DNA from: Nitrospirota bacterium
Lineage (GTDB): Bacteria; Nitrospirota; UBA9217
Length of the DNA stretch: 64,000 nt
NCBI GenBank assembly: GCA_035623825.1
Contig: DASPSR010000062.1
Span: 32,001 to 96,000, forward strand
Direction of reading: 5' to 3'
The translations under genes were made by a program, and so were the position numbers. Shown piece by piece: positions 58,994-64,000 of this stretch (the first letter of the stretch is position 1; each line of letters starts with the position of its first letter). The notes below the pieces were generated by a model that saw only the letters and a list, made by a program, of their open reading frames with translations, was not told the DNA's origin and did not search any database.

Positions 58994-59673
58994 CACGGCC
59001 ACTTATCCATATAGAGCAGCTTCGTAAGACTTTCATGAGCGGATCTGTAGATCTCCATGTGCTCGAAGGCATCGACCTCGACATCCGGAAGGGTGAAATG
59101 CTCGCCATCGTGGGCGCTTCCGGCGTGGGCAAAAGCACCTTTCTTCACATCATCGGAGGCCTTGACAGGCCATCCGCAGGAAAGGTATGGTACGGAGACC
59201 TTGATGTCTTCGGGCTGGACAACGACCGGATAGCACGGTTCCGGAACGAACGGGTGGGGTTCGTTTTCCAGTTCCATCATCTGCTTCCTGAGTTTTCCGC
59301 ACTTGAGAATGTCATGATGCCCGCGTTCATCCGGCGAATAGGCAGGGAAGAGGCCGCCGAGACAGCTGCCGGTTTGTTGAGGGACGTAGGGCTCGGAGCA
59401 CGCCTGCACCACCGTCCAGGAGAACTATCCGGCGGCGAGCAACAGCGCGTGGCCGTTGCAAGGGCGCTCGTTCTCAACCCGGATGTGGTGCTTGCCGACG
59501 AACCTACGGGAAACCTCGATTCGCATACGGGCGAGGCGATTCATGAGCTTCTGCAGGACATCAACAGGCAGAAAGGCATAACCTTTGTGATCGTGACGCA
59601 CAACGATAAGCTTGCCATCCGGGCGGACCGGGTGCTCAGAATGAGAGAGGGCAAGCTTACGCAGGAGAATTGA
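58990..59673 (+). CDS. lolD: Lipoprotein-releasing ABC ATPase LolD (apparent ATA start; first ATG at 59035)
   Basis: GASGVGKST, GFVFQFHHLLPEFSALENV, LSGGEQQR, DEPTGNLD. Confidence 0.92.
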   Translation: MTRPLIHIEQLRKTFMSGSVDLHVLEGIDLDIRKGEMLAIVGASGVGKSTFLHIIGGLDRPSAGKVWYGDLDVFGLDNDRIARFRNERVGFVFQFHHLLPEFSALENVMMPAFIRRIGREEAAETAAGLLRDVGLGARLHHRPGELSGGEQQRVAVARALVLNPDVVLADEPTGNLDSHTGEAIHELLQDINRQKGITFVIVTHNDKLAIRADRVLRMREGKLTQEN

Positions 59674-59832
59674 CGGGTCATCTTCGCTAGCCCGGCCGCA
59701 AGCTCTGCGCCGCGGCATCCTCTTCCATCCAGAGCTTTGCCCTATCTTTTCCCTTGACTTTACACGGGGTTAAAAAGTATTATAAAAAGTCCTATTCATC
59801 AAACCATTACATCTACATCGGGGAACGGGCCT

Positions 59833-60645
59833 ATGAATCTTCTTTTTTTTCAAGCAGCCATGGGGGTTTACCTGTGCGCGGCTGCGGGGTATCTAGCCTA
59901 CATCATCAAGCCGCAACGCACCTGGATCGCAGTGGCATCGCTCTGGGCCACGGTTGCCGGATACATTCTTCATGTTTCCTATTTTGCGTCACGATGGGCT
60001 GAGTCCGGACGTATCCCGATGACGAACTTCTTCGAGGCCGCCAATTTCCTCGGGATGGGGCTTGTGCTCGTGTACCTGGTCATGGAATTCAGGTTCAAGA
60101 TCGCCGCTCTGGGTTCATTCATGCTCCCGCTCGTGCTCATCCTCATGATCCCCACATTGGTGCTTTCCGGCAGGATCGAGGAAATGAAGCCTGTGCTCAA
60201 GAGCGGCTGGCTCGGGGTGCATACGAGCTTCGCGGTCCTAGGCGATGCCTCGTTCGCCTTTGCCTTTATCGTTTCGATCATGTACCTGATCCAGGAGCGC
60301 CAGCTCAAGACCAAACACCTGGGCGCGATATTCCACCGTCTGCCATCGCTCGATATCATGGATACGCTCGGCTACAAGGCGCTGACGTTCGGCTGGCCCC
60401 TTTTCACCCTGGGCATGATTAGCGGATCGATCTGGGCAAACAGCGCATGGGGCACGTACTGGAGCTGGGACCCGAAGGAGACCTGGTCGCTCATCACCTG
60501 GGTCATCTACCTGGTGCTGCTGCACCTCAGGACGATCGGCTGGCGCGGCAGGAAGATGGCCTTCCTCTCGATTGTCGGCTTCATGTTTGTTCTGGTCAGT
60601 TTCTTCGTCGTAAGCCGCGTGAATATTGGGAAGCATACGTTTTAA
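59833..60645 (+). CDS. ccsB: Cytochrome c biogenesis CcsA/CcsB-family protein
   Basis: WLGVH, WGTYWSWDPKETW (WWD domain); upstream of hemA. Confidence 0.88.
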   Translation: MNLLFFQAAMGVYLCAAAGYLAYIIKPQRTWIAVASLWATVAGYILHVSYFASRWAESGRIPMTNFFEAANFLGMGLVLVYLVMEFRFKIAALGSFMLPLVLILMIPTLVLSGRIEEMKPVLKSGWLGVHTSFAVLGDASFAFAFIVSIMYLIQERQLKTKHLGAIFHRLPSLDIMDTLGYKALTFGWPLFTLGMISGSIWANSAWGTYWSWDPKETWSLITWVIYLVLLHLRTIGWRGRKMAFLSIVGFMFVLVSFFVVSRVNIGKHTF

Positions 60646-60656
60646 GGTGTTAAAAA

Positions 60657-62015
60657 ATGGGCATTATTGTCGTAGGGCTTAGTCACAAAACAGCGGCTAT
60701 CGAAGTGCGAGAGAAACTCAACTTTCCGGAAAGCACGCTTCCCGATGCGCTGAGAAAACTCATGGCATATGAAGGGGTCCGGGAAAGTCTCATCGTGTCC
60801 ACGTGCAACCGCGTGGAGATTTACGCTTCGGTACAAGAAAGCGCCAAGGGCATCGACCGCATCAAACAGTTCATTTCGGATTACCACGGTCTCTCGCGGG
60901 AAGCCTTGGAGCAGTCGCTTTACGTCTATCCCGATGCCCAGGGAGTGCGCCACACCTTCCGAGTCGCATCAAGTCTCGACTCCATGGTGCTTGGAGAAGC
61001 CCAGATCCTGGGGCAGCTCAAGGATGCCTTCGATATCGCCCTCAAGACCAAGACCACGAGCACCATCCTGAACAAACTGATCAAGAAGGCCATCTCCGTT
61101 GCGAAAAGGGTCCGCACTGAGACCAAGCTCGCAGAAGGGGCGGTTTCCATCAGTTCGGCCGCGGTCGAATTGGCTAAGAAGATATTCGGCGAACTGGAAG
61201 GCAAGAACGTCATGCTCTTGGGCGCCGGCGAGATGGCCGAACTCGCGGCTCAGCACCTCCTTGGCAATGGTGTGAAGAACATCATGGTGGCGAACCGCAC
61301 GTTCGAGCGCGCGGAAGAACTGGCCAAGGATTTCAAGGGTGACGCGATCCGGTTCGAACATTTCCCCGACGCACTCATGATGGTGGATATCCTGATCTGT
61401 GCGACCGGCGCCCCGAACTATGTCGTCAATCGCGACATGGCGGGCCGGGCCCTCAAGGAGCGGCGCCACAAGCCTATATTCATGATCGATATCTCGAATC
61501 CGAGGAATATCGATCCCGAGGTCGACAAGGTGGACAATGTCTATCTTTATGACATTGACGATCTTCAGAGCAAGGTCGACGTCAATACCGAAGGCAGGGC
61601 AAGGGAAGCGGGGAAGGCCGAAGAGATCGTGATGCAGGAGGTCGAGACCTACCTCGCGTGGGAGCGCGCCCTTGATGCGGTGCCGACCATTGTTGACCTT
61701 CGCGAGAAGGTAGAGGATGTCCGCAAGCGCGAATTGGAGAAGACCCTTGGCTTCTTGAACGGGATCACCGAAGACCAGAAACGGGCCGTAGAAGCCATGT
61801 CACAGGCCATTGTGAACAAGCTTCTTCACGCGCCCCTCGTGGTCCTGAAGCAGGCAGCCTCTGCCCCGGACGCCGGTGACAATACGATTGCCGTCGCACG
61901 AAAGCTGTTTAATCTCGACAGGGAGCTGAAACGGCCCACGCGCGAGAAGGTTGAGGAGTTGCCCGATCGAGAATTGCCAGAACAGGGATCAGGTTCAAAG
62001 AGTCCTTGCCGCTGA
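60657..62015 (+). CDS. hemA: Glutamyl-tRNA reductase
   Basis: STCNRVE, LDSMVLGEAQILGQ, GAGEM, PRNID. Confidence 0.97.
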   Translation: MGIIVVGLSHKTAAIEVREKLNFPESTLPDALRKLMAYEGVRESLIVSTCNRVEIYASVQESAKGIDRIKQFISDYHGLSREALEQSLYVYPDAQGVRHTFRVASSLDSMVLGEAQILGQLKDAFDIALKTKTTSTILNKLIKKAISVAKRVRTETKLAEGAVSISSAAVELAKKIFGELEGKNVMLLGAGEMAELAAQHLLGNGVKNIMVANRTFERAEELAKDFKGDAIRFEHFPDALMMVDILICATGAPNYVVNRDMAGRALKERRHKPIFMIDISNPRNIDPEVDKVDNVYLYDIDDLQSKVDVNTEGRAREAGKAEEIVMQEVETYLAWERALDAVPTIVDLREKVEDVRKRELEKTLGFLNGITEDQKRAVEAMSQAIVNKLLHAPLVVLKQAASAPDAGDNTIAVARKLFNLDRELKRPTREKVEELPDRELPEQGSGSKSPCR

Positions 62016-62155
62016 TCCGGCCGGGAGTGATTGAAATAAGGTCAAGGTGCTGTCAGGGAGGAAACCGCGCGAATATGCCGACCCTGCGCACTGTCGATGA
62101 TCAAATCCGAACGGCGTAGATCCGCGGTTAATCGCGATATTCGAGGAGCATTTCA

Positions 62156-63121
62156 TTGAAAAGACAAAAGATCAAGATCGGCACACGCGGGAGTGCCCTT
62201 GCACTCTGGCAAGCAGAGTGGGTGAAGTCTGAGCTTGAGAAGAGATATCAGGGCATGACCGTAACGCTCACCAAGATCAAGACCACAGGGGACAAGATCC
62301 TGGATGTTCCGTTGGCGAAAGTGGGCGGCAAGGGCCTGTTCGTGAAGGAAATCGAAGAGGCCATGCTGGAGAATGAGATCGACATAGCGGTGCACAGCAT
62401 GAAGGACGTCCCGACCTTTTTCCCTGACGGGCTTCATCTGTCATGCATCACGAAGCGCGAGGACCCGAGAGATGCTCTTCTTTCGCGCAACGGGGTCAGC
62501 TTCAAAGATCTGCCCAAGGGAGCGAATGTGGGAACGAGCAGCCTTCGGCGCCAGGCCCAGATCATGAACATCAGGCCCGACTTCGTGATCCATCAGCTTC
62601 GCGGGAACGTCGACACACGGCTCCGTAAGCTCAAGGAAGGGCAGTTCGATGCAATCATCCTTGCCGCGGCAGGGATCAAGCGGCTCGGACTTGCCGAGAA
62701 TGTGACGGAATACATCGATCCGGAGATCAGCCTGCCCGCCATCGGCCAGGGGGCGCTCGGCATCGAGTGCCGGGTCGACGACCGGGAGCTGAACGACCTG
62801 ATCGCGTTCTTTAACCATGCTGACAGCCGGACCTGCGTCACGGGAGAACGCGCCCTCCTCAGGAGGCTCGAAGGCGGATGCCAGGTCCCCATAGCCTGCT
62901 ACGGCCGGATGGAAGAGGGAAAACTCCACCTCACAGGTCTTGTAGGCAGCGTTGACGGGAAGAGGATCGTAAAAGATACCATCGAAGGCGCACCCGACAA
63001 GGCGGAGAAGCTTGGCGTTACCCTGGCTGAGAAGCTCCTGCTGCAGGGCGCCGATGTGATCCTTCGGGAAGTCTACGGACATAATACGGACTTCAGCGGC
63101 AACAACCTGCTGGACAATTAG
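62156..63121 (+). CDS. hemC: Porphobilinogen deaminase
   Basis: IGTRGSALALWQ, GGKGLFVKE, VHSMKD, GTSSLRR, LEGGCQVP. Confidence 0.98.
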   Translation: MKRQKIKIGTRGSALALWQAEWVKSELEKRYQGMTVTLTKIKTTGDKILDVPLAKVGGKGLFVKEIEEAMLENEIDIAVHSMKDVPTFFPDGLHLSCITKREDPRDALLSRNGVSFKDLPKGANVGTSSLRRQAQIMNIRPDFVIHQLRGNVDTRLRKLKEGQFDAIILAAAGIKRLGLAENVTEYIDPEISLPAIGQGALGIECRVDDRELNDLIAFFNHADSRTCVTGERALLRRLEGGCQVPIACYGRMEEGKLHLTGLVGSVDGKRIVKDTIEGAPDKAEKLGVTLAEKLLLQGADVILREVYGHNTDFSGNNLLDN

Positions 63122-63251
63122 CTTGAATGGAGGCGGAAAGCATTGGGTCGAAGGCGGAGCATGAGCGCGCACGCAATGCTCCATGCCCCCTGCCTTCTGC
63201 CGGGAGAGTTTTCCAGCCATCACGCCCCGCACGTATAGCAGTAACGGAAAA

Positions 63252-64000
63252 ATGACAATACCAGGAAAAGTCTATCTCATCGGCGCTGGGCCGGGCGATC
63301 CGGGCTTGATCACGGTCAAGGGGCTGGACTGCGTAAAAAAGGCGGACGTGATCATCTACGATTATCTCGCCAATGAGAGGATTCTCGATCACCGGCGGCC
63401 CGACGCCGAGCTCATCTACGTTGGCAAGCAGGGGAGCAGGCACACCCTTCCGCAGAATGAAATCAACAGCCTCATCGTTAAAAAGGCGAAAGAAGGGAAG
63501 ACCGTCGCCCGTTTGAAGGGCGGCGATCCTTTCATCTTCGGCAGAGGAGGAGAAGAGGCCGAGGAACTCGTCGATACCGGCATCCCCTTCGAGATCGTGC
63601 CGGGCGTGACCGCGGCAACGGCCGTGCCGACCTACGCGGGCATCCCGCTCACTCACCGCGAACATACTGCGAGCGTGGCCTTCGTGACCGGCCATGAAGA
63701 TCCGACCAAGGCAGAGTCCAAGGTGCACTGGGATCGGATCGCGACCGGCATCGGGACCCTGGTGTTCTTCATGGGAATGAAGAACCTCCAGAACATCGTT
63801 GACAACCTTGTTTCGAACGGCAGAAATCCCGAAACGCCAGTGGCTCTCATCCAGTGGGGTACGCGAACGGACCAGCGGGTAGTGACCGGCACTCTCAGCG
63901 ATATCGTCGTAAGGGTCAAGGAAGCTAAGCTTGGCCCCCCAGCCATAATCGTGGTGGGCGAGGTTGTGCGGCTCAGGCAGAAACTCAACTGGTACGAATC
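63252..64000 (+). CDS. cobA: Uroporphyrinogen-III C-methyltransferase (probably a CobA/HemD fusion), runs off the window
   Basis: MTIPGKVYLIGAGPGDPGLITVKG, RLKGGDPFIFGRGGEE. Confidence 0.93.
   Translation, partial: MTIPGKVYLIGAGPGDPGLITVKGLDCVKKADVIIYDYLANERILDHRRPDAELIYVGKQGSRHTLPQNEINSLIVKKAKEGKTVARLKGGDPFIFGRGGEEAEELVDTGIPFEIVPGVTAATAVPTYAGIPLTHREHTASVAFVTGHEDPTKAESKVHWDRIATGIGTLVFFMGMKNLQNIVDNLVSNGRNPETPVALIQWGTRTDQRVVTGTLSDIVVRVKEAKLGPPAIIVVGEVVRLRQKLNWYE

Overview
A GC-rich bacterial chromosome segment. Gene content and style (GSU3473-family protein, pilB-pilT-pilC-pilS-pilR, GEMM-Ib riboswitch, futalosine-type decarboxylase, rnfCDGEAB) suggest Nitrospirota or a related Desulfobacterota-like lineage; this is inference only. 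The left part (1-25.4 kb) is housekeeping: the 3' end of a ThiC/BzaF gene, surE-pcm, crcB-DUF190-PAP2, nifU-like, rnfCDGEAB, gcvH, lpdA, a secreted metalloprotease pair, mazG, glnD, tamB and polA. tRNA-Thr(CGT) at 25821-25895 starts an AT-richer accessory region (about 25.9-41.3 kb) with no integrase. It shows signs of repeated accretion: a 58-bp copy of the tRNA 3' end at 30724-30781, and a ~175-bp att-flank duplicated at ~30790 and ~32165. Its cargo is a HAF-repeat protein, two collagen-like paralogs, pssA, an ATPase-only DnaA homolog, an HNH nuclease, an SRPBCC gene with an attC-like remnant, a probable 3',3'-cGAMP riboswitch and a Spy/CpxP cluster. The right part (41.4-64 kb) is core again: pgsA-like, DUF512 radical SAM, aroE, type IV pilus genes, ubiD/mqnL, hemolysin/CorC, purC, lysS, lolC/E-lolD, ccsA/B, hemA, hemC and cobA (partial). 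The best leads are the integrase-less tandem accretion site, the cGAMP-type riboswitch, an RnfE lacking a conserved Fe-S cysteine, and an apparent ATA start for lolD. All calls are from motif recognition by eye; no database searches were run.
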